Assembly: GCF_963506605.1 (NCBI RefSeq)
Contig: NC_083280.1
Span: forward strand, 26,226,001-26,290,000
Origin: Zootoca vivipara
Lineage: Eukaryota
Reading direction: 5' to 3'
DNA length: 64,000 bases
Below the pieces are notes generated by a model. The model made no database searches. It saw only the letters and a program-made list of their open reading frames with translations, and was not told the DNA's origin. How positions within the stretch are numbered: position 1 is the first letter of the stretch; each line of letters starts with the position of its first letter. Below, in pieces: positions 11,833-25,111 of the stretch. The position numbers and the translations under genes are program-made.

Positions 11833-13245
11833 TATCTGTGTAGGCAGAGATGTACAACAATCTGCCTTGTATTTGCAGATATCCAGGTGTCTCATGGATG
11901 CATCATTTGCCCATTCCCTTTCCTGAAGTTTACAGATTTTAGGGCTGTACACATATACAGGCAGATTCCGTATGTGGGGGGAGCTGTGCATGAGATTTGT
12001 TAATCACGCCCCCTTCACAAACACATGCCCCCCCCAACATGGCAGAAGGAACTGTTGTGTGAAGAGGACGTAGTTTTATAACTCCCTGGAGTTCATCCCA
12101 GGCTAATAAACAGAACAGGAGTGAATAACTTAATCCCAAATAAGTTTATTATTTGTAAAGTATTATGGAATAGCACTGTTCAAGCAATCTTAAGGAAGAG
12201 GCAATGATCTCTAGAATGCTAAAGCAGTGTTAATAAAATGCATGTTACAGAGTAAAATAATAATAATAGTGGATTCTGGTTAACATAAACAGTAAGAAAA
12301 TCTTCACTGATGTAGAGCAGACTCTCCTGATGTGCAAACTCCACTTCTGCCTGGACCCCAGACACTGCAGGCATTGTTAACAACAGACTCCAGTTTTGGT
12401 TGTTGAATTTTCTGAGTTGTTATACACACACTTCTTTGCCACCGATCAGATGTTTTAAAATCTAATGAGACTGACCTTGATGTAGGTTCTGTTTTAGTCT
12501 GCATAATTTATATCCTAGGCATACTTAATAAAATGCTTCTAAGTCTGATTTGAGCAGTGTTTAAGTTACAAAGAACTTTCCATATACACCCCCCCTTAAC
12601 TATATGGTTCAGGAGAAATGCATTGTGCGGTAAATCCCAAATTGACAAGGTCCTTCAATGTTGACGTAACCAAAAAAAAAAAAAAAGGTTTCTGTCCAAA
12701 CCTGGAAGCTGGCAATTAAAACAAATGAGCTTGTTTGATTGATGGGAAAACCTACAGGAAGTGTGTTGTTTATTAAAAAGAGATACGTAACATTCAGGGA
12801 TTAGAGTGTAACTTTTGATTTATGTGACAAAAGTTCTATTGAGTCCATGAAAGCTAGAGTTTATTAGAAGATACCTTATTGGTCCTGAAAGCCAGAAACA
12901 GAGCAAAAACTGAGTTACAAAGTCTCCTTTGTAAACTTCATTTCTATTTCTGACATGGAATAATTTGTGGTTATTGATGAAACCGCAATTGTATGCATAG
13001 CTACACTTCCTCTCTTGCTCCATTATACCTGTCTCTCGACATGATCAAAATTGAGTGGAACTTGAAAGCTGGTGTGTCTTCAGTAAATTTACATTCTGCC
13101 ACTTTGAAATGACAAAATTCAGTCGTCTGTTCTAGTTGTTTGCACAAGTGCCAATCTGACACAAAAAGTTTTGCTGAAGCATGTGAACCTAAATCAACAG
13201 TCCTATTATATTACAGAGACTTAGGTTGGAAAACTCTGACAAGCA

Positions 13246-13356
13246 GAGGCTTGACAGGCATATGTCAAGAATTCTTTGATGGTGTTTCCTGCTTGGCAGG
13301 GGGTTGGACTGGATGGCCCTTGTGGTATCTTCCAACTCTATGATTCTATGATTCTA
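13246..13356 (+). mobile_element. CR1 LINE 3' terminal fragment
   Basis: Matches 42650-42752; (ATTCTATG)-type tail. Confidence 0.8.
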
Positions 13357-13781
13357 AATCCTTGACTAGATGCACATGAGGCTGTTAGTTTTTCTTCTTC
13401 CTCCAGAAAACTATATTTGCTGCTTCTATAAAATACCTACACTGGGTTTTTGTTTGTTTGTTTGTTTTGGTGTTCATTGCATTTTAAATGCCTTTGAATA
13501 TTCATGATAGAGTTGGAACAAGTATGGAATATGTGTGCAGCTCTCTCTTTTTTAAAAAGTAGAATTTGTTAGGTATATGTTTAATACTGGACACTTTAAA
13601 AGTCAGCAGAACATGAGCCAATTTAATATGACTAAGAATGTCTTATTTTGTTTTGCAACTGTGGGTAACGTGGCAATTTGTAATTCAAAACAGCCCATTC
13701 TCATTCAGACAACTATTTATTAATTTAAATATTTTGTGGCTTACTTTTCCTGCACTCAAGGTGGCTAACAACAACAGTGAG

Positions 13782-13899
13782 GTAGGTAGGCGTGTTGGTC
13801 TGCCGTAGTCGAAACAAACAAAGAAACAAAAAAATTCCTCCCAGTAGCACCTTAGAGACCAACTAAGGTGCTACTGGAAGGAATTTTTAAATTTTGTTT
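13782..13899. mobile_element. Short fold-back element, probably Penelope-like terminal-repeat derived
   Basis: 13-bp flanking duplication CAACAACAGTGAG and an internal inverted repeat. Family assignment from memory. Confidence 0.6.
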
Positions 13900-14501
13900 C
13901 AACAACAGTGAGACAATTGACCAAAATATAAGCAAACAGCACAGCATACAATTAAACCATGTAGATTCACCAGAACTTTGAAAACATGCCTGGCATGAAT
14001 AAGTCATATGAAGTGCCTATCGCCCTACAGATGGCAGTAGTTGGCAGACAAATCAGTTACTGTGATTTTATTATATTTTACATACATATCTTGACTTTAC
14101 TCCAAGAAGTTGGCTCCCTCCCTTTTATCTTTACTGCAACTCTGTGAGGTAGGTTTGGCTGATAGACATTGATTGGTCCAAGCTTCATAGCTGAGTGGGG
14201 TTTTGAACTCTGGTCCAAGAGCATGTACAAAGAGCATGTATGGGGCCATGACACATTGCCAATCCCACTTACGTAGGTGTTTTATTAATGCACATCCGTG
14301 ATTGTTACACCACAGTATTTTAATTGTTAGATGCAGATTTTGCAGGGTGACTTTATCGTACTGAACCTTTTGGAATTTTGTCTATATGCCAATAAAGGTT
14401 TGAAATTGAGATTGACTTAATATATAACATTCCTGGAGCTCGGAGGTGGTTTCCAAGCTGCTGGGAGCATGTGAGAAGAGATCTTATGTCATCTACTATA
14501 G

Positions 14502-14752
14502 CAGGCATGTCCAACAGGTAGATCGTGATCTACCAGTAGATCACTGGATGTCTGTGGTAGATCACTGGTAGATCACTGGCTCCCCCCAAAGAAGCTGAAC
14601 AACTGTGGCTCCCCTAAGAAAAGCTCAACATTTTGCCTCCCCCCTGAAAAAAACTCAACAACTTGACCTGAACCCCCCAAAAAGGGGGTAGATCACTGCC
14701 AGTTTTTAATTCTGTGAGTAGATCACAGTCTCTTGGGAGTTGGCCACCCCTG
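14502..14752. mobile_element. hAT non-autonomous element with GTAGATC subterminal repeats
   Basis: Perfect 8-bp TSD TACTATAG; TIRs CAGGCATGTCCAAC / GTTGGCCACCCCTG. Confidence 0.85.
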
Positions 14753-15718
14753 TACTATAGGAAGAAAGAACCTTTGCACTTCTAATACATCACTGACACA
14801 TTGATATACAGGAGAACTGTAGTGCTTTTGTATTCTTCAAAAGTTGCTGCTTCCATAGATATGCATCTATAATAACTCAGTGGTAGGTCCCGGGTTCTCC
14901 AAGGGAAAGACTCCTGAAACTGTGAAGGGGTGCTGCCAGTCCGTGTAGACAATACTGGGCTCGATGGATCAGTGTTCTGACTAAGGTGTGAGGTGGCTTC
15001 TTACGCATCTGGTTGCTGCATGATTCTGTGAGCACTCCATTCACACCTTTCCTATGATTTACCCAATATGTGTGACATTAGAGTGAAGTGAGCGAGACGG
15101 AGAAGACAGTGAAAAGGAAAAAAAGTCTGGCTGGGCGAGTGATCCAGTATCAATGTGAAAGCAGGCAAAAATACTCCCGGTCAAAAGTCAATAAACTGGG
15201 TGCCAAAAGAGTAATTTGAAATGTTCTGGGTATCTCGCCTGACAGCTGCTGTTTAAACAGCTGGCCTTGTAAAAAGGAGAGAAAAAAATACCTTGAGGGC
15301 ACAAAGCTTTCTGTGCCAGTAAACTCTTCTCACTTTGTAAAAGTGATGCCAGTTGCTCAGCATGCACTGAAACGTAGTTGTATTGATTGTTTAAAAAACA
15401 AACAGAACAGTATGTTAAACTAAGAATACAGCAGCGATGTTAGTCTTGCTCTGTTGGCTTCTGAGCCACTTCAGAAGAAGGCGATAAAATTGAAGTCAAG
15501 GTCTCTGTATCTCACTAGGCCAAACAAACCCATGTGTTGGTACTGGAACCGGTTGTTTGACAGTTCCAGTCTTATCCACCCCCTCCAGACCCAAACAGAC
15601 ACTTGGGCCAAACCAGTAATTTCCATTTTTCTGTGCTTGGAAATGTTACTGAAATATCTGGCTTCAGATTTAGTTACAGGAGCTCACAAGGTAAGAACAT
15701 AAGGCTTGTATGTAGAAG

Positions 15719-15950
15719 AACCGTTGCTCGGTCCCAGCTCCTGCCAACCTAGCAGTTTGAAAGCACGTCAAAACCAGGAAGGTAAACGGCGTTTCCGTGC
15801 GCTGCTCTGGTTTGCCAGAAGCGGCTTTGTCATGCTGGCTACATGACCCGGAAGCTGTATGCCGGCTCCCTCGGCCAATAACGTGAGATGAGTGCCGCAA
15901 CCCGAGAGTCAGTCACGACTGGACCTAATGGTCAGGGGTCCCTTTACCTT
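15719..15950 (+). mobile_element. Sauria SINE, 5'-truncated with internal deletion
   Basis: Matches other copies; ACCTTT tail; 10-bp TSD TATGTAGAAG. Confidence 0.9.
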
Positions 15951-18699
15951 TATGTAGAAGGTCACAGGTCCAGTCCTGGCATCTTCAGTTAAAAGGGGCA
16001 CTTATTCACAAAGCTTAGCCCTCGGAAAGCTGCTGCCAGTCAGGGCACACAACACTGGCTAGATGGGTCAGTAGTCTGACTCCATATAATAGCCTTACAT
16101 TCGTATGTTATTTTTGCGATTTTACAGATGTAGCTTTCAAAAGCACAAAAGGTTATGAAAACACGCATTTCGCTATTGCATACATGGATTTATTCAATTT
16201 CCTGTCAGGGTAGTATGTACCAGGCTTATGATGCAATATATGTGGGCTCTAAATTGCCAGTGTGTAATTGCAGTGTTCACCAGAGAACTGTAGCTTATTT
16301 ACTTTAACTCCGCACCGTGACTTCAGCATGCCTAAGCGGGGAAAGGGAAGGCAAAACGTGGTTTGGCAAGGCCTCTCGCTCCTTTTGGAGCTATTTGTCT
16401 CCTTTTGGAGCTATTTGGCTGCACAATTTCTTGCAGAGTATAATTGATGCTAAGTGCCTGACACTGATCATTTTGGGTGTTTCCGGTCATGCTTCTGATC
16501 AATGCAGAGCCAATACAAAGAACTATTGTGCCAATGCTGGCGTGTGCGTGGTATTTGAGCTAGATTTGGAAGCTATATCAGGGATAACCATTAATCACAT
16601 CAACCCACATTTCAAGGATGTTCACCACTTGCACTGTAACTAAAAGGTGGGAAACCTTTTTCAGCCGGAGGTCTCCATTTCCTCGTGGCAACCTTTGCGG
16701 CGGTGGCGGTGGTAGCATGACAGTGGTCAGCAAACCCAGAGGCAGAAGTGGGTGGCACAACAGATGTGACTCATTACCTCTTTTCTTTTTCTAGTAGGCT
16801 ACATTACAGCCACACAAAAGACAAACTGAATTTTCAGGCATCCAGGCAAATAAGAGGCATGATCTCAGTTCAACGTCTTATTCCAGCTAGGCAAAAGTAT
16901 TCAAATAGAGCACAGAGCAAGGCTGGAAAAGGCTGTGACATGGGGAGAGTTCCAAGGGCCAGATAATGATTTTTGGAGGGCCACATTCAGCACCCGGGAT
17001 TGAACATTCTCAACCCTGCAGAAGATATTTCATTGATACACTGTGGAGTTGCAACTGCAATAAGCAGTAGCAGCAAATGACATGCTTACCTTAAATTATC
17101 TGTTGCCTCAGACGTTGCACCCTAGAAGTATTAAAATTAGTGCTTGAGCATACATGTAACTGAGGTTTATTCCAGGCATAGCTTGTAATGCTGGCTCTGC
17201 ATTGGCTCTGGGTAGAGCAGAAGCTGTTTAGTCGGTTGCTTGAAACGTTCATTGTTCTCTAGGTATGCAAGTGGAATGAGTTCTTAGTATTGCTTTACAG
17301 ATGTAAATGCATGCCCTACAGAAGCCATTTCAGACTTGTTTCTCTCTTGGATTGCAGCTCACATGCACAATACTATGGCCTTTTAGACAATTTCTGACCG
17401 AGGATCTGCATTCCATGGAAAAAGTATGGGTGTGCATGTGCCTTGCCTGTTATATTTGCTTAGGTCTAATTCATATAATCCCCGCTTCTCCCAAAATAGG
17501 CTCTGGTGTCTATGATTGTGGTCCCTGCATCACATCTCGCTTGCTTTGAAAAGGGTGAAGGAACTGTTCCTTCCATTCTTATCCTAGATCTGGGCCCCAG
17601 CAAAATACACGAACTGTGTAGGAGTGTGTTTATTCTGTATGTTACTTATTATTAATTATCAAGGGTTGTATCCATTGGTTGTACAACTGGAAGCCAACTC
17701 ATTCAATCCATCTTTTTCTTCCTCCTGTACCCCTTCCCCAAAGAAAACCAGTCTGAGGTGGGAGAGAGGAATCACCTGAATATGGCTGAAAGGATTTTGC
17801 TGCAAACCTCTCCAGTCAATTGTCCCCTTCCATGTGACACAACCCCTTATTCTCAGGGGGAACCCCTCACCAACCCTCTGAAGATTTTGGGATAGTGCCA
17901 TGGTGATAGGGGAAGATGAGGAAAAGAGAAATCAGTTGTGTGAGCTGTATCCCATGCACACAACCCATTGGGTACAAACCCTAATGATTTTCTTACCCAC
18001 TTTTTGGGACATACTCTTCACAAGACGGTTCTGTAAACATGGGAGTGGGTAGGAAACTGAAGGTCATATATTAGTAATTGGAATGCAGCCGTGTGGCAGC
18101 AATTTATTTCCAACCCAGTAAGCTGTTAAAATGTACATTTTTCAGATAATATGCCCCTTGGCTTGATTTAAAATCCTGACAAATTTAAAGCTTGTCTAAC
18201 ATCCGTGATCCACATGTTTAACACGAAACAAAATAGTTAAATCATTGTACTGCAGAGATGTGGCCTTCCTTGTGTAAATCTAAGAATGTCTAACTTAGAG
18301 GTCTCCCATGACTAAGGCCATCTGTGTGCCGTACGTTTAAAGCACTATGGCACCAGTCATGGCTCCCCACAAAAAATTAAAAGGAACTGCAGCTTGTTAA
18401 GGATGCTGAGAGTTGTTAGGAAACCCCTACTTTCCTCATGGAGCTACTGTTTCCAGAGTTTCCTGGGAAGAGGAATTGATTGTTAAACCAGGAATCGTAG
18501 CTCTGTGAATGGGATAGGGATCTCCAAACAACTCTCAGCACTCTGAACATCCCAATATTATTTTGTGGCAAGCTCCGATTGTTCAGAGTGGTATAATGCT
18601 GCTTTAAATGTGAGATAGACCTGGTGGTCACTATAATTTTGTCCTAAAAGAAAACACGGCCACATCTTATGTTATAACAAATTTGAATTGTAATGTAGT

Positions 18700-18778
18700 A
18701 TTCATTCATTTTTTCATTCATTCATTCATTTTTTCATTCATTCATTTTTACATTCATTCATTCATTCATTCATTCATT
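18700..18778. repeat. (TTCA)n microsatellite, interrupted
   Basis: Direct read. Confidence 0.9.
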
Positions 18779-19072
18779 TTTTCTCTCTAAGAAGCTGATC
18801 TCCCCTTTCCATTTTATCTTCACAACCAGCCTAGGAGTTTGGTTAGGTTGAGTGATGGTGAGTGGCCCAAGAGAGATCTGCAGGAAGTCTGACTTGTAGG
18901 GCATGTGGAATAGAAAAAGCCTGGAAGAAGAAGAAGTAGTAGTAGTATTGGATTCCAATGCATTATAAACAGCCATATCTCCTTGCTCATGTATTAATAT
19001 CCAAAGGTATAATCCTGAATAGGCTATCTCCACTCCATGCTGATGCCAGATATGTGGGATGAGTTACAGTAG

Positions 19073-19208
19073 CAGGCATGTCAAACCTGCGGCCCTCCAG
19101 ATGTTTTGGACTACAATTCCCATCCTCCCCAACCACTGGTCCTGCTAGCTAGGGATCATGGGAGTTGTAGGCCAAAACATCTGGAGGGCCGCAAGTTTGA
19201 CATGCCTG
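19073..19208. mobile_element. hAT (Charlie-like) palindromic MITE, about 135 bp
   Basis: Long inverted arms CAGGCATGTCAAAC...GTTTGACATGCCTG; partial TSD CAGTAG. Confidence 0.85.
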
Positions 19209-19807
19209 CAGTAGAGGATTCTAGCCAGGTTTCAGGACAGAGAAGGAAGAAGGCACCATACATGGTCGTTGATCACTAAGGAACATAAATATATACCCCA
19301 TTGGCTTCAGATTCCTGCCAGGGAAAGAATACGTTCTGGTAGAGTGTTTTCCATGTTCAACCTTATGAGCCCTGCATTTGATTTGAACATTTTCTGTTTC
19401 GTTTGTTAGTCAGTGCAGAAGTAGCTCACATTCGTCAGTCTTGCTGTATACGCGTAGACAGATCTGAATAAACAACTTGCATGTTTATGAACACATAAAC
19501 CCATGGTAGTACTGACTGTGGGATGACCATGTAAGGTCTGTTTTGCATTCCTTCCCATTTTCTCCAGTAAAAGACATGGCATGTCTGTTGGTTCTTAATA
19601 GGCATGTGCACTTTTGGGCAAATCCTTAAACACCTGGCTCAGTATGTGATTTGCAAAAATTATCCAAATTTAGGCTTGCTCTGTATCGGTGGCTGGAACC
19701 CCTTTTCAACGGGGGCCTCATTCTCTTCCAGTGTCGCCTCATGCCAGAGGCACAAAGTGGGTGGAGTAAAAAAAAAAGAGTGACTACATTTTTGCAGTGG
19801 GTTACAA

Positions 19808-20154
19808 TGGCGCTGTGGTTAAACCACTGAGCCTAGGGCTTGCTGATCAGAAGGTCGGCGGTTTGAATCCCTGTGACGGGGTGAGCTCCCGTTGCTTGGT
19901 CCCAGCTCCTGCCAACCTAGCAGTTCGAAAGCACGTCAAAATGCAAGTAGATAAATAGGAACCGCTACAGCGGGAAGGTAAACGGCGTTTCCATGTGCTG
20001 CTCTGGTTTGCCAGAAGCGGCTTTGTCATGCTGGCCACATGACCTGGAAGCTATACGCCGGCTCCCTCGGCCAATAATGTGAGATGAGCGCGCAACCCCA
20101 GAGTCGGTCACGACTGGACCTAATGGTCAGGGGTCCCTTTACCTTTACCTTTAC
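19808..20154 (+). mobile_element. Sauria SINE, near full length, young subfamily
   Basis: A-box TGGCGCTGTGG, B-box-like GGTTTGAATCC, (ACCTTT)n tail; nearly identical to the 32404 and 37873 copies. Confidence 0.92.
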
Positions 20155-20291
20155 ATTGCATCCATACAAATGCCTGGTGCTTTCACGCACACACACACAC
20201 ACACACACACACCTCTACTCCCCCCCCCAGTCCTACATACAGGTGAGCAAAAAGCATGATTACAGCTCTAGGACATATTCCACCCAAGCAA

Positions 20292-20340
<49 letters not shown>

Positions 20341-20762
20341 ACATATACATACATACCCTGCCCATCTGACTGGGTTTCCCCAGCCACTCTGGGCAGCTTC
20401 CAACAAAATATTAAAAACACGATAAAACATCAAACATTAAAAACTTCCCTAAACAGGGTTGCCTTCAGATGTCTTCTAAAAGTCAGATAGTTGCTTATTT
20501 TCTTGACATCTGATGGGCAAGTTCTACAGGGCAGGTGCCACTACCGAGAAGGCCCTCTGCCTGGTTCCTTGTAACCTCACATCTCGCAATGAAGGAACAG
20601 TCAGAAGGCCCTCGGCGCTGGACCTCAGTGTCCGGGCAGAATGATGGGGATGGAGACGCTCCTTCAGGTATACTGGGCTGAGGCCATTTAGGGCTTCAAA
20701 GGTCAGCACCAACACTTTGAATTGTGCTCGGAAATGTACTGGGAGCCAATGTAGGCACTCAA
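20292..20762 (-). mobile_element. L2-clade LINE 3' end with (ATT)n tail
   Basis: ORF 20524-20715(-) LVLTFEALNGLSPVYLKERLHP. Confidence 0.85.
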
Positions 20763-21540
20763 GGAAGGTACTGAGCTGGCCATTGAGGGCTGTGGCCTGG
20801 GGAGTGCCATGGCCTGGGGAGAGTGGCAGGGAAAGGATTGAGAAGCCAGGGAGGGGGCTTGGGGTTGCATCCAGCCCCTGGTCCTGAGGTTCCCCACTCC
20901 TGCTTTATAGAAATGTTGGAACACTTCCTTTCTACCTTTGTTTCAAAGCACATTACAAGAATGGCTTTAGATTTTCCCCTTTAGATTTTGGTGTACAAAT
21001 ATGTAACAGATATTCCATGAAAAGGTGAACTTAGATGGGATTCATGCTAAAGAAAAAGCAGATGTTCACTCCCCACCCCCTTTAAATAGTAAGAAAAGCA
21101 ATACCCAGGATATATTAAATCTGTCCTTTATTAAAGTCCTGATTATTTAGCTTGATATATATGAAATACCGTGAGGCATATTGGCTTTCCTGGTTGTGTT
21201 CCAAAAAGTGACCTCACATTGCATGGATATATGGAGTGTGATCCTAACTTATGAACTTTAAATTCAGTTTAGCCGCTACACTATTCAAGAATCAGTACTT
21301 GGTTGCCTGCCAGAATTGCTCCGGATTTAATGGCACATAAAATTAAAATCCTGAACCAGACTTGAGGCAGAATCCTCTCTTTGCATCCACAGAGGAATGT
21401 AGAAACATCTTTCGCAGCTCTGGTACCAGAGGGCCTTTTAACTGGAAATGGCAGGGAATGAAACAAAGACTTTATGCAAGCCAGGCCATGCAGTTGCTGC
21501 TACCGTAAATCCTGCTTCAGATGAGTTTGGCCATCTTTTA

Positions 21541-22000
21541 GGCCTGGTTCACATGTCATGCCAAGCCACGACATGGCTTAGCCTGTATGTCCTAGTGTGT
21601 AGGGTTGCCATACATCTGGAATCTCCCAGACATACCCTGGATTCAGCCTTCAGGAGCAGCGTCCGGGCAGAAATTGCTTAAATGACCTGGAAAATCCAGA
21701 CCTATGGCTTTCTGAAATATGGTCATTCTGCTATTACACTGTCCTGCGCTAAACCATAGCTTGACTTAGCATGCTGCCTGAACTGGAGCAACCTTAGCAT
21801 GCTGCCTGAACCTATGGTTTGCAGTTCATGGTTTGTCTGGGAGAGCTGCGTTCAGAAGGCTTGCTAAATCAAACCATGGTTTGGCACCTCACAGCAGCAG
21901 AATGACCCGAGAGTAGCAAGGCAGCAACAATTTCTTCTTCCAGAGCTTGTGAGGGCGTGCTAAGCCATAGTTTGGTTCAGTTGTGATGTGCCAACCAGGC
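21541..22000. mobile_element. Old fold-back DNA element (possibly Harbinger-like) with a nested hAT-like fragment near 21600
   Basis: Imperfect TIRs GCCTGGTT..CACAT..TGGCTTAGC / GCTAAGCCA..ATGTG..AACCAGGC; TTA/TAA flanks. Confidence 0.4.
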
Positions 22001-22143
22001 TTAATCTGTATGAACCAAATTTTAATGATAGGGTGCATCCAAGGTTCAAGCTAAGTACAATTGAACGTGCAGAGCTGAGATAGATGTCGTGTAATCTGTG
22101 ATCATACTGCTTTGTGGATGGGGTAAAGCTAATGGACCCCTGG

Positions 22144-22597
22144 ATTGGCTCCCAGTACATTTCCGAGCACAATTCAAAGTGTTGGTGCTGATCTTTAAAG
22201 CCCTAAATGGCCTTGGTCCAGTACACCTGAAGGAGCATCTGTCTCCACCCCCATCGTTCTGCCCGGACACTGAGGTCCAGTGCCGAGGGCCTTCTGGCGG
22301 TTCCCTTGTTGCGAGAAGCCAAGTTGCAGGGAACCAGGCAGAGGGCATTCTCGGTAGTGGCGCTCGCCCTGTGGAACACCCTCCCATCAGATGACAAAGA
22401 GAATAACAGCTACCAGATTTTTAGAAGACATCTGAAGGCAGCCATGTTTAGGGAGGCTTTTAATGTTTAATAGATTACTGTATTTTATTTTTGTATTGGA
22501 AGCCGCCCAGAGTGGCTGGGGAAACCCAGCCAGATGGGCGGGGTATAAATAATAAATTTATTATTATTATTGTTGTTGTTGTTGTTATTATTATTAT
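22144..22597 (+). mobile_element. L2-clade LINE 3' end
   Basis: WLPVHFRAQFKVLVLIFKALNGLGPV with frameshift; same 3'UTR and tail as other copies. Confidence 0.85.
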
Positions 22598-22944
22598 GGT
22601 TAAGTCCAGTCAAAGATGACTATGGGGTGTGGTGCTCATCTCACCTTCAGGCCGAGGGAGCTGGCGTTTGTCCGCAGACAATTTTCCGGGGCATGTGGCC
22701 AGCATGACTAAACTGTTTCTGGCACATGGAATACCGTGACGGAAGCCAGAGCACACAGAAATGCCATTTACCTTCCTGCCACAGGGGTACCTATTTATTT
22801 ACTTGCACAGGTATACTTTTGAACTGCTAGGTTGGCAGAAGCTGGGGAAGAGCAACTGGGACTCACCCGGATTCGAACTGCCGACCTTCTGATCAGCAAG
22901 CCCAAGAGGCTCAGTGGTTTAGACCATAGCGCCACCTGCGTCCC
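22598..22944 (-). mobile_element. Sauria SINE, older diverged copy, tail-to-tail with the L2
   Basis: Ends in GCGCCACCTGCGTCCC (reverse complement of the SINE head). Confidence 0.85.
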
Positions 22945-25021
22945 TTTTGTGGGTGGGACTGAAATACAAATGGCACACCAGGCTCAAAGGATCTTTTAGG
23001 CAGAAATGAATGCAACAGACCAGAACAATTTTCAAATTCAAGCAGCACCTCAGTGAAATAAATCAAGCAAATAAGGCAAAGAGCAAAGGAAAATTAAATC
23101 AATAGTACAATGAACATGAATCCTCGGGGTTGTCAGTACCTTCCCACCTCAAGCATGGAAATCCGCAGCAGTAAATTCAAATGAGCAGTGAATACATATG
23201 GATATAGTACAACCATTACAGGACATGTGTCATCGCAGAGTGCAAGTGTGTTACCCTGGGAGAGATGCTTTTCCATGACAATTTCAGTCTTCCTGTTTCT
23301 AGAAAGTGAGTATGTTGTGGGTAGGGATGCAGAAGCAAAGCCTCTGGCTAATCTTCTCCCATCCCTAAATCTACAGCAGGGAGAGCTTTGTAATTTGAAG
23401 TTCTGTGGACACACAAATTGCCAGTTCTAAACAGAATAAATGAGTCACATCTTGTATTTTTTTCAGGGGCTGCTTCTGCTTCCAGCTTCAATGTCAATGG
23501 AAATGCCATCAAAGGGAAGGATAAAGGTCTTCCTTTGAACAAGCCATAATTAAGGGAAATGTTGCCAGTTGTCTGTCTTTCTTAAATAAAATGAAAATTA
23601 GATTGGAATAAATCAGTCAGATTTTATCATTGTTTTTTCCCCATTTAGATTATCATTTTAAAAAAAGGATTTGGGGTGCCAATGTACAGATCCACACAAA
23701 ACTTATTTAAACATCTCGAGAAATGAATTATTAGGGAAGAATCTGTTTTCTTTAGGATTTGGCTGTGATTGGGGGAAGCTCTTACAGGGGCCCCCAATGT
23801 GGTGCCCACTGATACCAGTTTACAGCACCCGTGAAAGGCCTAAGTAAATATGCCGTAAAAATGCATAATATGTGAGAGATTGCTTGATATTCCTCTTCTC
23901 TTCTCTCCTTTTTCTATGGGTTCTCAGTGCCTGCATGAAATTAGGCCAATGGTCTCATGCAACCTTCAACCATAGGTCTCCCCATCTCTCTCTTATGTGA
24001 TGGAAGAGTGTTGCACATGGAGCAATGCTCTGTTAGCCTCAACGACCGTGTGGTGGTACATTAGAATCAAATGTTGGAAGAACCTTGTTTTGGTTAGGCG
24101 TAGAAGCAAGAGTTTTTTCAGTAAAGGTATAGAGTTTTGCTGTGCCCAAATCAGGCAAAAAGGTTGGTTATTTGTTAAAATACGGCTCTTCTGCTTGGTA
24201 TAGTTCCTGTCTACAAACACATGGTAAATGTTTGTAAAACGCTACAGGGATGCCATCGAGATTCATCAAATTCCAGGCTGGGAATTTGCAACTGCAAACT
24301 GCAAATATCAGCTTGCTTCCATATTTGTAAAGAAAAGTGCACTCTATATTCTGCTCTGCCTTTAATGGTATTAGTTGCAGTTAGAATTGTGTGCTGGAAA
24401 ATCAGTGTGAAAGTAAGGGAAGGCCATGGACGATGAACATGAAATTTGCAAAGTGTTTTTCTACAGCTTATTTGGAGAACCAGTTCCCTGTTTCAGAGGG
24501 TTAGTAATGCACTCTGGGGGAGGGAATGTAACTGCAACTCAATTCTTTATTACAGTGTTATTCCAGACACATAATAGACGGGATGACGGCATTTTCTGTC
24601 TGCTCTGTATCTGTCTAAGGAGAGAGTTCCTGTAAACTCATTCAGTTTTTAAGCACCCTCAGAATAATTTCTTCCAAAGTTTAGAACTGTGTATTCACGA
24701 ACATTCTCTGCTACATAATAGAGCTGGCCGATGACAGCTGAAGTACTGTAACTTAAACATCTTATTAGTTTTAAAGCTGAAATGAACCTACTGAGAGGTA
24801 ATAACCTTCACACAAATATGAATTTGTACAAAATGCCTTCCTTCTGATGTGAGATTCCTTGGGTTTCCTGAGTTTTCTTTCACCACGAAGAGATGAATTC
24901 TATCATTAAGCACCAGTGATCTCTCGGAAAGAAGATTTGTTAAAATCTTATATTTTAAAATTGTCTGGTTCATGCAGTGCCTTCAAAATGCAGGTCATGG
25001 GAGTGACCCTTGAACTTGGGC

Positions 25022-25111
25022 CATAGCTGCCAAGTTATCCCTTTTTTAAAGGGATTTTCCCTTATGCTGAATAGGCTTCCTCGCAAGAAAAGGGAAAACT
25101 TGGCAGCTATG
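25022..25111. mobile_element. 90-bp hAT-type MITE
   Basis: TIR CATAGCTGCCAAGTT / AACTTGGCAGCTATG; perfect 8-bp TSD ACTTGGGC. Confidence 0.88.

Noticed and set aside
14518-14580. CRISPR-like spaced repeats (GTAGATCACTGG)
   Set aside because: Short, irregularly spaced, and inside a TIR/TSD-bounded eukaryotic hAT element.
19847-20038. Recurrent 63-aa peptide MASMTKPLLANQSS (also 32517, 37986, 59214)
   Set aside because: Antisense translation of Sauria SINE copies, not a gene family.
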